In this document: piece by piece, positions 1 to 12,086 of the stretch
How positions within the stretch are numbered: the stretch's first letter is position 1
Layout of the letters: each line of letters begins with the position of its first letter
Assembly: GCF_001194135.2 (NCBI RefSeq)
Contig: NC_068985.1
Coordinates: 94,679,735-94,743,734, forward strand
Direction of reading: 5' to 3'
Source: Octopus bimaculoides
Taxonomy: Eukaryota
Length of the DNA: 64,000 nucleotides
The notes under the pieces: model-generated
What the model saw: the letters and a program-made list of their open reading frames with translations, nothing else
Databases searched by the model: none
What the model was told of the DNA's origin: nothing
Position numbers and translations under genes: made by a program

Positions 1-805
1 AATATATTTTTTTCTACTTTAGAGAGAATTTATACTCAGATTGAAATATCATCTTCCGTTTTTTTTCCTCGCCTGATTAAAACTTCTTCACAAAGATGAT
101 ACCATTCGACATATATTTTCAATGGTTAACAAAAACAAATAAAAGTAAGAATTAGTGGCTGCTAAAAGCGAAATTTTGTAAGAGTAAATAGGATAAAACT
201 AAGATATAAATATAGAAAGGTGAATGAAACCGCATAAACGTGCTCACAGCAGTTCTCAAAAATTTGGAAAGTTAACCATGCGTCTATACTTAAAAACATC
301 TAAAGTTTTAAAAAAAACGCAGATGAGGGCAGCAACAACAAACTTGCTCATGCATATATATGTATGTATAAAGTAAAATGGATAAAAAAAATCCAGGCAG
401 ATATCTATGAAGCATTCCGTGTAAAACGAATTTGTTTATCAATGTCCAACAATCAGATACTAATAAATGTATGTAGAATAAAAGTCCAAGGTAATTCCTC
501 GCGTATGACAAGTAAATCCAGACATCGTTTAAGGGAATTTCAAAAGAAAAATCGGAGAATAAGTCAAGAACAAGAATAGAGAAAATCACATACAGTACCG
601 ACGATCGTTCTTGTGCCACTAGAAATTTGGCAAAAGTTTTAGCAGCACATATGATGTGTAGAATTAACCAGGCTCTCAACTCGAAATCTGTAAATACATG
701 TAGAATCAATAGTGTGAATTGTGGAATTAACGGTAATGATAATTTACCTGAGGTAGATCTCGATACTTTAAATAAAATTAATTGCAGCTGTGATTATATG
801 CCGAC

Positions 806-869
806 GGGCATATGGCGTAGTGGTTAAGAGCGCGGGCTACCAACCTCCGAGTTCAATTCCAGGCAGTGG

Positions 870-904
<35 letters not shown>

Positions 905-1078
905 TCGAAAAATACCTTAGGAATGAGAACTCAGGTTCCAAATGTCCCCAAGACACCTGATGGTAGGTAAAGGATATTTCAGCCGAAACGTTGTGTTAAC
1001 AACAAACAAAATGTGGACAAATACCTGTCAAATGTAAATAATGTACATTATTTCTAATATCTTAAATATAGAACTGTA
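806..1078 (+). mobile_element. tRNA-headed SINE with internal (AAT)n and a degenerate hammerhead-like 3' part
   Basis: A-box TGGCGTAGTGG 813-823, B-box GAGTTCAATTCC 849-860, (AAT)n 864-900, GACAC-CTGATGG...CAGCC-GAAACGTT-GTGTT at 952-997. Confidence 0.65.
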
Positions 1079-1289
1079 TTGTGATAGTACTGTTAAGATA
1101 TTAATTATAATACTTAAAATAATCCTACCTTAATACCTACTCTTGTGAGGGGGATTAGTATTAATTCCTTTAAATACGAGTTCCACGTATTTGTGAATAA
1201 ATGCCTCTATATTTCAAAAACAAAATTCTGTTCTTTAGAAAATTAATGTATAAGGAAGAATATAGTACATCAATACAAGACGCGATACT

Positions 1290-1530
1290 GCTAAATCCTG
1301 GAATTCAAGGGCCCACAGCTCTTCAGCATCCTCCCAAAAAGTCTGAGAATGGGTGACGGTGTCTTCAAAACAAAACTGGACCTCCTCCTGTCAAAAGCTC
1401 CGGATGAACCTACCTCGCGGTAAGAAATGCGGATGCGAGCAACAAATGCCACATACCAGAGGAGATATCAAGTAGTGAAAGTGTAGCAAATCTACCGGCG
1501 GTGCCCCTGTGTGTGTGTGTGTGTGTGTGT
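1290..1530 (+). mobile_element. 3' end of CR1/L2-like LINE
   Basis: 1307-1423 translates KGPQLFSILPKSLR..VFKTKLDLLLSKAPDEPTSR*, resembling CR1-group ORF2 C-termini; (TG)n tail. Confidence 0.65.
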
Positions 1531-2324
1531 ATATGAAAGGGGAAAAGAGTATATTTATTATTCATTACGATCATTTCGACGCATTGTACACCTGATCCAC
1601 GCGGGTGAGATTTTATACAAACAGTTGTAGTGTATCGTAGGAGCAGCTGTGTATTGTCAGGTGACTTGACAAATGCTGCCTCGGTTTTTAATCTTTGTTT
1701 CGATTATTTCTATTACAGTACATTTTGACCGTTGTTTGCTAGGCGCCTACACAAGGAACTACGGGTCGAAACGATCATAAGGAATAATAAAGGGTCTTAT
1801 GAATTCCGTTGTCTTTCTCTCATATTTTTTGTAAATTCTACAAAAGAAAAGAATACCTGAAGTAAACCCAGTGGCATATAACAACAGATAGCCGACCGAC
1901 TTTAAACGGCATACGACAATGTGTATACTCGAATATAAAATAAAATTATCACTATGCGATCGAAGATAGAAAAATAAGTAATGGGTGTATCTTCATATTT
2001 CAGAAGTTTTTGCTCCGTCGTCAGTGCCACATCCAACCCATTCACCATCCACGAACGCATTGCTTAATTATCCACTAAGTTTAGCGGTATAACATTGGAA
2101 AGACAATTTGCGAATTAAACACATTGCTGGCTATTGTTTCGTACATATTAATTGCTGGTAAAGACGCCGTATTTCGTCATGCAGCCTTAATATACCACCA
2201 TTGTACATATGCATGTATGTGTGTGTTTGTAACAAAGTTTTGTTTAACTTTCTCCTACTTATTTACCTTTAGATTCATTTTCATAACATAGCTTGGCGAA
2301 TGATATGCGTCTTTGTGATTATAT

Positions 2325-2534
2325 ATATACAAAATAATATGATATATTATATATACATATATAATATAATATATGATATATATATATAGTATATATGTAT
2401 ATATATATATATATATAATGGTGTGTATGTGTATATATATATATATGCGTCTGTATACACATGTATGTATAAATATATATATATATATATGTATATATAT
2501 GTAAATATGTGTGTGTGTGTGTATATATGTATGC

Positions 2535-2575
<41 letters not shown>

Positions 2576-2600
2576 TATGTGTGCAGTTGTGTCCATATGT
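2325..2600. repeat. (TA)n/(TG)n compound microsatellite (representative of dozens in the window)
   Basis: Others at e.g. 5428, 13035, 14785, 15780, 17180, 37205, 46225, 50388, 52127, 61880, 63237. Confidence 0.95.
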
Positions 2601-3279
2601 GTGTAGACATTCGGCGGAAAGCATTAACAAAATTAATTCCAAATCACTTACCAATGATTACGCTCGATAAAACTAATGTTTTAGTGGTGTTTCTGTTTGC
2701 GTGATTGTGTGAGTATCTGCATATGTGTATACATGTATATTTATTTATATCTGCTTTTGTCTAAGCGAGTGAATTATTCTGGGTTGGGTGGTGCGGTCTA
2801 ACTGACCAAAAAAACATTTCGAAGCGTAAATGTACACTCTACAGGGAGCTGTAATTGTGTTTCTGAGAACAAGTTGATTCTGTAAAATTGCCAACTAGAC
2901 AGATCATCAGCTATGTATAACAGAAGGCCAAAATTTATTCAGATCTTAAAATCTACAAATAGGCAATTGTCATGATGTTATGTGTGGTGGTCGTTCTCCT
3001 AAAAAGCACTTGTTTTTCTTTGTTTTTCTCTTTTGTTTTTTTTCTTTTAATTAATCACTATTCTCTATTTCTGTGCGAAAATATATTATAGAACGAGTGC
3101 CGTATTTTCCAGCTGCAATGTCAAATTTTTCAGACCAAATTTTACAGCTCAAATTAAGTAGGACCACATATACACCAAGACGACTTTGCAGGACCGCAAA
3201 TTCCATGCGAAATGCAACAGAATTTGAAAACATAAGGATGTCATTTGAATGTTTACACTATATGTTTACTCCATATACT

Positions 3280-3647
3280 GTGGAATCGCAATGGCCCAGT
3301 GCTTCGGCAGCGGATTCGCGGTCGTAGGATCGCTGTTTCGATGCCCAGACCTGGCATTGTGAGCGTTTATTGAGCGAAAACACCTGAAGCTCTGCGAGAC
3401 TCCGGCAGGGGTGGTAGCGAACACTACTGTACTTTTTCACCACGACTTTCTCTCACTCTTTCTTCCTGTTGTAGCTGTATTTCAAAGGGCCAGCCCAGCC
3501 TTGTCACACTCTGTGTCACGCTGAATCTCACCGAGAACTACCTTAAGGGTTCATGTGTCTGGATTGCTCAGCACGTTAATTTCACGAGCAGGCTGTTCAG
3601 TTGATCGGATCAACTGGAACCCTCGTCGTCGTAACTGACGGGACGCC
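3280..3647 (+). mobile_element. tRNA-derived SINE, family A, full length with 12-bp TSD
   Basis: Degenerate A/B boxes; ACTCCATATACT flanks both ends (3268-3279, 3648-3659); homologous copies elsewhere in the window. Confidence 0.85.
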
Positions 3648-4462
3648 ACTCCATATACTACTTTCACTTTTATGCCGAAAAACACGGTAATAGCTTTAAA
3701 CTAGTTTTAACATATTTTTTAGGCGCTATAAATATTTCTTTAATTCTTCTTTTGTCTGTTCGTGATTAAGAACTTTGGGAAAATATAACTCTCAGATTGT
3801 ACTGACTCAAAATATGATGTTTGTCAATTGTTCCAAAGCTAAAATAAGTCATCAATAAACGCATCGTGCAACCATCGAAATGGTACAATCTAACCTAAAA
3901 ATTAAGATCGTTTCAGCAAAAATACGGAATGAGAGAAATGAATTCAGTTACAAGCAAATTTCCAGTTTTGTATGCGGTCGAAAGTTTTAAGCCAAACGCA
4001 AAATATCGATTATTCTCTTTTCAATTCTACGAACGGAGTACACTGAACAGCTTTATCTGACCACTGTCTATCACGTTCACCTTCTGACCACCATTACTGA
4101 AGATCACTACCAGACCATTAGCAAAGGAGCTCACAACCTCACTGTTATTAACAAATGATAGCAAAAAATCATGTTACAATTTTCTCCGATATCTGGATTT
4201 TTAACGTTCACTTCTAGACGACTGAGTGAAAGCCGTATGTAAATATCTAGCTTATAGTTTAAATCGGTGGCTCTCAACCGAGAGCCAGAGGACCATTGGA
4301 GTTCCGTAGAAGATTTTGCTGTTAAAATTTATGCACATATTTACATATATATATATATATATATATATATAGTATGTAGTTGAAATAAATATGTATAGGA
4401 AAACAGAAGACGAAGAGAGGTGTATATATAAATGTGTGTGTGTGTTTGTATGAATATTTACC

Positions 4463-4498
4463 TTGTAGAAGTATAACCAGCTGGTTATACTTCTACAA
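4463..4498. repeat. Perfect 36-bp palindrome, no spacer
   Basis: TTGTAGAAGTATAACCAG|CTGGTTATACTTCTACAA. Confidence 0.95.
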
Positions 4499-5425
4499 TT
4501 CACAAATTATTTAGCAGTTTTTTGTACGATTTCTAAGAATATCTCATTATGAAACTATAATGGGATTTTTTAAAACACCAAATGGCTATTAGGGTCCATC
4601 CGAAGTAAATAGGATTCAAAGTAATCCATAGCTAATAGAATTGGTTGAGAATTACTGGTTTTAATTATTGAGCTTACGAAAATATAGTCTACCGCACGTT
4701 TATTGGTTACTCATATTCTCATTTGTGATTATCAATGTGAGCGTGTTTGTGTTTATGATTAATTGTTTATTGTGTATTACTGCCTTTAAAAAACGAGAAA
4801 AGTTAATTCTTTTGTGTACAAGATATTACAAAACTTTGAAGAATCGATTACAGAGACTTGTAGCTACACTTTATGGGAAGCCTAAGAAGAGTTAAGCAGT
4901 GAGAATTGGATGTTGTATTTATATACGGTTTATATAGGGTTTGATGGCGCTTGGGCTGTGTTGTTTAAAATAGGTGGATTTATTGAAGATGTTTGTCTCT
5001 ACAGATATTTAATAGATTTTATTTGTTAATTCTGGTGGTGCTTGTGATTTTTGGGATTTGTGTATATCCGTGTAGGCGTACTGAGATTAGACTACAGGCT
5101 TCTTCCTTTGTTTTTTTGTCATAAAGGAAATCATTTAAGTGGATTTGGCTACTCACCAAGTATTATCCAAGCATGTTCATTAAATGTATAGAAATGAGAA
5201 TGAGAAAAATCCTATTAAAACGTGGCTGAAAGGAAATCTTTTGGCTTAAGCATTTTTTTACTTCAAGATCACGCACACATGTACACTCGTGCAGTTATAC
5301 TCAAGATCTGTATATTCATACATGTAAATATTCATACAGACTCACGCATACACACACACACAAACAAACATATATATTTATATATACACCTCTCTTCGTC
5401 TTTTTTTCCTATACATATTCGTTTC

Positions 5426-5465
<40 letters not shown>

Positions 5466-5559
5466 TCACACACTTGTAAATATATACTTGTAGCGCCATC
5501 TTTGCTGGTGCGCAGATGATTGCTTTTGTGTGAGCACACTTGCATACACCTACGTACAA

Positions 5560-5592
<33 letters not shown>

Positions 5593-5984
5593 TGTCTGTC
5601 TGTGTGAGAGTGTGTACGTGGGTTTGTGGGTGAGTTGTAAGCATAAATGAAAATAATGTGCATTATAATAATATATCACATGATAAACAATAAAAATGTA
5701 ATAATAAATCAAAATGTTTTGACAAACAGTTGAGCATTATCATTTATATCACAGAGTATCTTAGGTATTTCTTTTCCGATAATGGTTAGATTCATGTTGG
5801 CAAACACATGAGTGGATGTTTGAAAAAAATCTTATTTTCATCGAATAATTACTAAATAAAAGAATTTACTTCCCTATAATTTCCTTGTCCTATTAGAAAT
5901 TTAGTATCATTTGGCCAAATGATACCAAATTCATTTCAGCTTTGCAATGAAGTGTATATTCGAGGACTCGTAATAATAGTTTAA

Positions 5985-6175
5985 AATTTTAGCACAATAC
6001 CAACAATTTCGGAGGAGGGTTTAAGTATCAACCCCAGAACTCAACTGGAACTTATTTTATCGACTCCAAAGGCATGAAAGGCAAAGACGACCCCGGTGGA
6101 ATTTGAACTCAAAACGTAAATGCGGACGCAATGCTGCTATGCGGTTTGACCGGTGTGCTAACGATTTTACTAGTT
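5985..6175 (-). mobile_element. SINE family B, diverged
   Basis: Reverse-complement similarity to 11033-11225. Confidence 0.7.
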
Positions 6176-6627
6176 AGTTGTATTAAGGCCTGTAAAATTG
6201 ATAAATACTCATTATGCGACTTTTTTTTTAAATACACGAATCTGTCCTTATGATACACATTCTTTTATGAACCATAAATATCAAATAAAAACATCGTCTT
6301 TACCATCATTTCCTTCCCAACGTATCCTGGAAATTACACGTTCCTTCCATTCATTTCGCCATGCTTTATATCCTCTTTCTCGCGACCAAATCAATTTCAC
6401 AACACTTACATTTTATATTCATCGATTCATTCGCTAAAAGAATCTTCCTAAAGTACTATACAAAAAGCTTGAAGAAAGCAAAACTAAGCAGAACATCAAA
6501 TACCCCGAAACATTAAACTAAGCTTTCCTTGTAAAACTAATAAATATGGTGATCTCCTAAAGCGTGTTAAGTGATTCTTCAAATTAATGTTTGGTAGTCT
6601 CACATATAACTTTGCATAAAATATATA

Positions 6628-7503
6628 CAGGGTGCGGTGAATATATTGTCCTCTAGATTACGCAAAAATGAAAATAACACTGACATCTCATTTTAAGATA
6701 TATTTACCAAAATTACATGAAAATATCTTGAAATACGAAAGAATAAATTTGTTCAATAAAATCGCCATTGGCTTCAACCACGGCTTCCAGACGACTTCGG
6801 AATCTCCTGCAACTCTGCTGGAAGGTCTCATTATGTTGGTGAATGCTGCCATAATCCTTGCCTTCAGTTCATCTTTGCTACAAGGAGTTTTGTTGGTCTC
6901 TTGCTCAACTGCACCCACAATAATAATCAATGGTGTAGCAGTCTGGGGAGTTAGGTGGCCAGATGTTAGGGGTGTTGTGGTTGCAGAAATTGTTTGACAG
7001 TGATGACTTGGTTCTTCTGCTTGTGTGTCATGGTGCAAAGTCCTGTTGCCAGACATAAGGTCTTCCAGCAGCTACTCTCTTGGCCTAGGGCGGCACTACC
7101 TCCTCCAGGCACTTCATGTAGGGCTCCGTGTTGAGTTTCAGGCCGTGTGGGAAGATGAATGGAGGCATAACGTCGCTATCACTAGTGATCACTCTAAACA
7201 CTATGATGACTGGATGTTTGATTTTTATCATTCTCAGTATATGTTTTGGAGACACGACAAGTCAACGGTTGTTCTGTGTCCGCCATCATCTGTTCGTATT
7301 AGAGCTTCCTGTGTGAATGCCAAGGGGTACAGCATGTCGTTTCCAAATTTCCGGCAGAGGGAATTGCATCATGGCGTTGTTTTTCTCACAGACGACGCCC
7401 AACTGACCCTACTATACTGTATAGTCAACAAAATCAAAAACAAACAATGAGCATACGTGAAATTGAAACTATAAAATAGTGACAAGTTACTCATTGCACC
7501 CTA
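6628..7503 (-). mobile_element. Internally deleted Tc1/mariner-superfamily transposon (DD37D/maT-like), decayed transposase
   Basis: TIRs cagggtgc...ttgtc / gacaa...gcacccta with TA flanks. Minus-strand frames give YVWQQDFAP*HT, IWPPNSPD, ETNKTPCSKDELKARI and RFRSRLEAVVEANGDFIE. Confidence 0.85.
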
Positions 7504-7550
7504 TACCTATAGATGCGCGTGTGTGTGTGTATAATATAATTATATATATC

Positions 7551-7750
7551 TATATAATTTAGAGAAAAGAACCACAATTCCTGAACTCGTCAATGAAAAT
7601 CCACAGTCACATATAGAAACATTTAATAAGTAAAAACACTAAAAAGAACTATAAAATACAAAGTAATAATTATCAAAATAATAATTATTATTTTAATAAT
7701 TATTGCATGGATGAGTTCAGGAATTATGATTCTTTTCTCTAAATTATATA
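7551..7750. repeat. ~200-bp element with 40-bp terminal inverted repeats
   Basis: tataatttagagaaaagaaccacaattcctgaactcgtc (7553-7591) vs gatgagttcaggaattatgattcttttctctaaattata (7710-7748); AT-rich spacer. Confidence 0.7.
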
Positions 7751-8048
7751 TTTATATATTATATACTGTGAAACTTAATTTAATTTTAATTTTGATAAAT
7801 TAAATTAAATTGAGTTTTTACCTATAAATTTGGATTTTTATCCCTAATATTATAATCATTATTATTATATATATATGTATATATATTGTATAAAAGAGTG
7901 TGTCATTTGGGAATGATTTAGCTGCTACTCCTAGCAAGCTGCATGAATATATTCTACCTTTTAATCGAGTAAAGTGAATCCAGAACAAGATTTTGCAGTA
8001 TGTCGAGTCCTGTTATTCTTTTAGTCTTCGCGTTGCATATTTGAGTGA

Positions 8049-8356
8049 AGGTGCTTGGCTAAATGGCTAGGGGTATTCAGCTCACGATTGAAATATCACG
8101 AGTTCGATTCTAAGCGGTGCGTCGTGTCCTCGTGTGCAACACACTTTATTTTACGTTCTTCCAGTCCACTCAAGCGGCAATAGCGAGTAGTACCTATATT
8201 TCAAAGGGCTACATTCTATGTCATGTTAAATCTCCGAGAACTATGTTAAGGGTACACATATGCGTGGAGTGCTCAGCTACTTGCACATTAATTTCATGAG
8301 CAAGCTGTTCCGTAGATCGGATCAACTGGAAACCACGTCGTCGGAACCGATGAAAG
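8049..8356 (+). mobile_element. SINE with different head and CORE-like middle sharing the family A 3' tail
   Basis: tRNA-like head, gtgtcctcgtgtgcaacacacttt...ccagtccactca middle, and tail aatttcatgagcaagctgttccgtagatcggatcaactgg matching 3575-3640. Confidence 0.7.
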
Positions 8357-8540
8357 ACTAGTGTTGTATGAGTTCGTCTAGTTCAGATTTTTGCTTTAAA
8401 ATTACTTTCCAATGTGTCGATGGTAAATAGCAGAACGCATTACTTATTTTACAACTGTCAGCTTTTTTATCATCCGTTCCTGACAGTTTATAAAGAATAA
8501 AGTAAGAGTAACACGACTGATGTGGCGGATATAGATATCT

Positions 8541-8569
8541 TCAGGATTTCTTAAAACAAGAAACGCCAG
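8541..8569 (-). CDS. Candidate terminal coding segment (A-GVSCFKKS-stop)
   Basis: Strong acceptor aagttttttcag; phase-1 entry reaches TGA at 8543-8541. No clear polyA signal identified. Confidence 0.35.
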
Positions 8570-8639
8570 CTGAAAAAACTTAAATAATCTTCTTTGTTCG
8601 TGTACATGCTTTAAGTTGCGATGAGGATATAAATCTCAC

Positions 8640-8695
8640 CGGACATATTAGTGTGGTGACGGTGCAGCAACATCCAGATGTTCTTTGATCTCATG
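8640..8695 (-). CDS. Candidate alternative 56-nt exon Y (S-MRSKNIWMLLHRHHTNMS)
   Basis: Same length, phase (2-1) and donor hexamer (GTGAGA) as exon X; weaker acceptor (atatatag). Confidence 0.25.
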
Positions 8696-8927
8696 CTATA
8701 TATATGATAATACAACGGAGCCAACATGTGACATATACGTCATCGTTTTCGTTAGAAAGTGACAGAAATATCTATGAAGAAATTAACTGTGTAAATATTA
8801 CGACAATCTTTCTTTTTATATTCTGTTTACACAATAATCTTCGAATGTACAGCGAAGAATGATTTCTATTTTTCTTGCTAAAAACATTAGCAAACCTTTT
8901 TATCAGTAACATTCACAATATTCTCAC

Positions 8928-8983
8928 CAAAATCCATTCTATTACAGTGCATTGTGTATTTCAGCTGTACAGTATTCATTATG
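8928..8983 (-). CDS. Candidate 56-nt exon X (S-IMNTVQLKYTMHCNRMDF)
   Basis: Acceptor tttactgctgttag, donor TTG|GTGAGA; phase 2-1 open. Confidence 0.4.
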
Positions 8984-9419
8984 CTAACAGCAGTAAACAA
9001 TGAAAGTCGTTCCCCATAAATATATACGCCGACATATATATATATTGTGTGTGTGTGCATACATATATATGTGTGTGTGCATTTATATTTTTTCCTAACT
9101 AGATTCAGCTCTAAAGCTGCGGTCATGATGGGGAACCACCGTTAGATGTCTTAAAACATTTGGAAAGTAGTTTGTATGCAGGGAGTATACGAAATTCGTA
9201 AGTTAGCTGTGATATTAATAGCAGTAGTGAAAGCGAAATGCAGTGAGACGACAAAAGTATATTTCTCACTTAGTTATGTCGTACTTAACACACACATAAA
9301 GATATATAATCAACAGATGAAATCCAGTACGGCTTGTACATTGCGGTGAACTACATCTACCAACATTATGAAGGATCTCTGAACCCACAGAAACAGCTGT
9401 TGGATTTAAAACGGCTTAC

Positions 9420-9455
9420 CTCTTCCCTTTTAACTTTTTCTGTCGTTTGTACTTT
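9420..9455 (-). CDS. Candidate 36-nt exon (R-KYKRQKKLKGK)
   Basis: Acceptor aacttacag, donor GAG|GTAAGC; purine-rich, phase 2-2 frame open. Confidence 0.45.
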
Positions 9456-9826
9456 CTGTAAGTTTGATCTATTGATATAAATATCTATATATTTATATTT
9501 AAATATTCATCGTCTTCAAATCCTTCGTCCATTGTCATTATGAAATTAATAACATTGAATAATTACCGAGATATATTTGAGTGAAGAACATTTCGAGTTT
9601 TATATTTAATATGGTAGACCGAAAATAATTTTTGAATAAATCGAAATTATAAAATAAGGAGAATGAAGCACTAATGAACATTTCACTCGAATGTATCAAG
9701 GGGGAGAGCTCAGCATCAGAACTGAGTGGTAATTATCCCAAAATGAGTGAGTTATATATGTTCATAGAAATATATAAAGTAGCTTAAACGTAATTACGCT
9801 ACAAAACAAAGCTACCTAGATCGAAA

Positions 9827-10043
9827 TAGGGGGCTCTAAAATGTTCCTAGCTTTAGGTGAAAGAAAATACAAGAGGGTCAGTCAGTTATGATTTTATCCA
9901 ACATATTCCCTTCTCAGATTCACACATCTTTTGAAGCGGTCCTTCAGTTTTTCTAAGCCCTGTAAAAGAACTCAGAATGTTGGACCTCCAACGAGGCCTT
10001 CAGCGACATACTTAAGACAGAAACTTTTCAGCACCCCTTTGTA
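9827..10043. mobile_element. Mariner-type MITE (~220 bp), copy 1
   Basis: Homologous to 21507-21706 and 63019-63238; right TIR aacttttcagcacccc. Confidence 0.75.
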
Positions 10044-10601
10044 CACCGATGTTGTTGTTTCTATTTAGACCTATGCCATTTAACATATGTTCAAGGACAT
10101 TCTAGCTACGATAATCTTGTTTTTCAGTGTCGGATATAAATATATTTAAAATTATACCTTCTAACCTGTCGTTCGTATGTGTAAAGGCTCGGATTTCTTA
10201 AGAGTCTATGATTTGCGATAAATGTTGACGACTATTGCAGAATGAACAACGATGGATATATATTTCTGTAAGCCAGAATAAGTTATGTATATCGTGCCAA
10301 GAACCATAATATATGAGCTTAAAATTCAGAAAACTTTAGAGCCGGTATAACACATTTAAAGAATTCTCTTATATCAAATATTCACATTCTCCTAGAAATA
10401 CCAAAGGATCAGTCCGGAAGCACCATTTTTCTTATTAATGAAATAAGTATATGGATTAAAAGGATATTAAAAGCATAAGACGCGGAACAAGATTTCAAAG
10501 TCACTTTCTGAAATTTCATAATTAGATTTCATAAATTGTAAGTTTTATGAGTTGAATTCATTAAAAGTGAAATAAGAATATATAATATAATGCAAACATA
10601 C

Positions 10602-10617
10602 CTCAGTTCTGCTATGG
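10602..10617 (-). CDS. Candidate 16-nt microexon CCATAGCAGAACTGAG (A-IAEL-R)
   Basis: Branch-like ttctaat, acceptor taattttcag, donor GAG|GTATGT; phase 1-2. Confidence 0.5.
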
Positions 10618-11032
10618 CTGAAAATTAATTTAGAAATTAGAAGCTAGGCCTTATGTAAAAATATTTGGAATATGTAAATGTAGCAAGAATTTCAATATAT
10701 TTACAGAGTCACTGATTTTAGAAAATCTAATTATACTTTTTAAAAAACGCTGGTTCTTTCTCATTGCATTAAATGAAACAGAAAATGCTGCAGGGAAAAT
10801 TTTAATTTTATATTTAGATGAGTAATTTTTTTTTTATATTAAAATTATGTGCAGCATACCAGAATCAAATAATAAGAATAGGAATGACATAGAAGTTATC
10901 TGTTATTCGGCCTTCTTAATTATTGATGTCAGTTTAAATATTTAATTAATGGAAACTTTCTATGTCACAGTCTGTTCTTACATTCTGAATGCAACACGCC
11001 TCAAAACAATTTAATATGCAACACCTATCTCT

Positions 11033-11225
11033 AAGGCGGTGAACTGGCAGAATCGTTAGCACGCCGGACAAAGTACTTAGCGTCAGTTCGTCCGTCTTTA
11101 CGTTCTGAGTTCAAATTCTGCAGGAGTTGACTTAACACTTCGCCCTTTTGTGATCGATAAAATAAGTACCATTTGAGAACTGGAATCGATGTAATCGAGT
11201 TACCGCCACCCCTAAAATTGCTAGC
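11033..11225 (+). mobile_element. SINE family B
   Basis: ggcggtgaactggcagaatcgttagcacgcc...ctgagttcaaatt head. Homologues at 5985-6175(-), 11545-11640(-), 11683-11815(-), 27150-27360(-), 32631-32835(+), 57909-58110(-). Confidence 0.85.
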
Positions 11226-11544
11226 CCTAAAATGTCGTGCATAAGGATTTACCTGGGATTTGTATTCTACTCAAATTTAATGGTGTCTAGTTGTTGAACA
11301 TTTATAACCAAATTCTTTGAATATTGAGTGCTTTATTGATATCTATTTGGATATTTCTTCTAAATGTGTGTGTGTGCATGTATGTGTGATTTTCCCTCAC
11401 TTTCGCTTCACAACTGGCGCTCGTGTGGTCACGTCCCCGTAAGCTAACGATTCGGCAAACGAGTCCGATAGAATGAGTACCAGCATGGCCGCAGTCTAAT
11501 GACTGAAACAAAAAAAATATACATCACATACATAAAACTTTCTA

Positions 11545-11815
11545 CTATAAGCACAATGTCTCAAATTTGTGAGGAGGGGACTAGCCGATTACCTCGACCC
11601 TAGTGTTTCCCTGGTACTTAAATTATCGACCCCGGCAGAATAATAATAATAATGATGATGGTGATGATAATAATAATAATAATCCTTTCTACTGGAGGCA
11701 CAAGGCCTCAAATTTGTGTGGAGGGGACTAGTAGATTACATCGATCCTACTGTTTCCCTGGTACTTAATTTATCGACGCCGAAAGGATGAAAGGCAAAGT
11801 CGACTCCGGTGGAAT
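11545..11815 (-). mobile_element. Two tandem partial family B SINEs separated by (AAT)n
   Basis: tttctacta..cacaa..ctcaaatttgtg..ggagggggactag..gattac.tcgat/ccc..tgtttccctggtactta repeated at ~11540 and ~11685. Confidence 0.7.
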
Positions 11816-11826
11816 TATAATAATAG

Positions 11827-12086
11827 GTTACAGGGACGTAAACACACCAGCATCGGTTGTCAAGCGATGTTGGGAGGACAAACACAGACACACAAACATA
11901 TACACGCACATACATATATATACGACGGGCTTCTTTCAGTTTCCGTCTACCAAATCCACTCACAAGGCTTTGGTCGACCCGAGGCTATAGTAGAAGACAC
12001 TTGCCCAAGGTGCCAAACAGTGGGACTAAACCCAGAACCATGTGGTTGGTAAGCAAGCTACTTACCACACAGCCACTCCTACGCCT
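11827..12086 (-). mobile_element. SINE family C, 3'-truncated
   Basis: Reverse complement of the 5' two-thirds; a + strand 3' fragment lies at 11385-11512. Confidence 0.85.

Noticed and set aside
364-709. Overlapping 71- and 133-aa ORFs
   Set aside because: No domain, splice or codon evidence; chance ORFs in AT-rich DNA.
806-870. tRNA gene calls for A/B-box sequences
   Set aside because: No complete cloverleaf; all continue into SINE bodies.
4462-4492. 31-nt minus exon candidate inside the palindrome
   Set aside because: Lies beyond the predicted stop and is explained by the palindrome itself.
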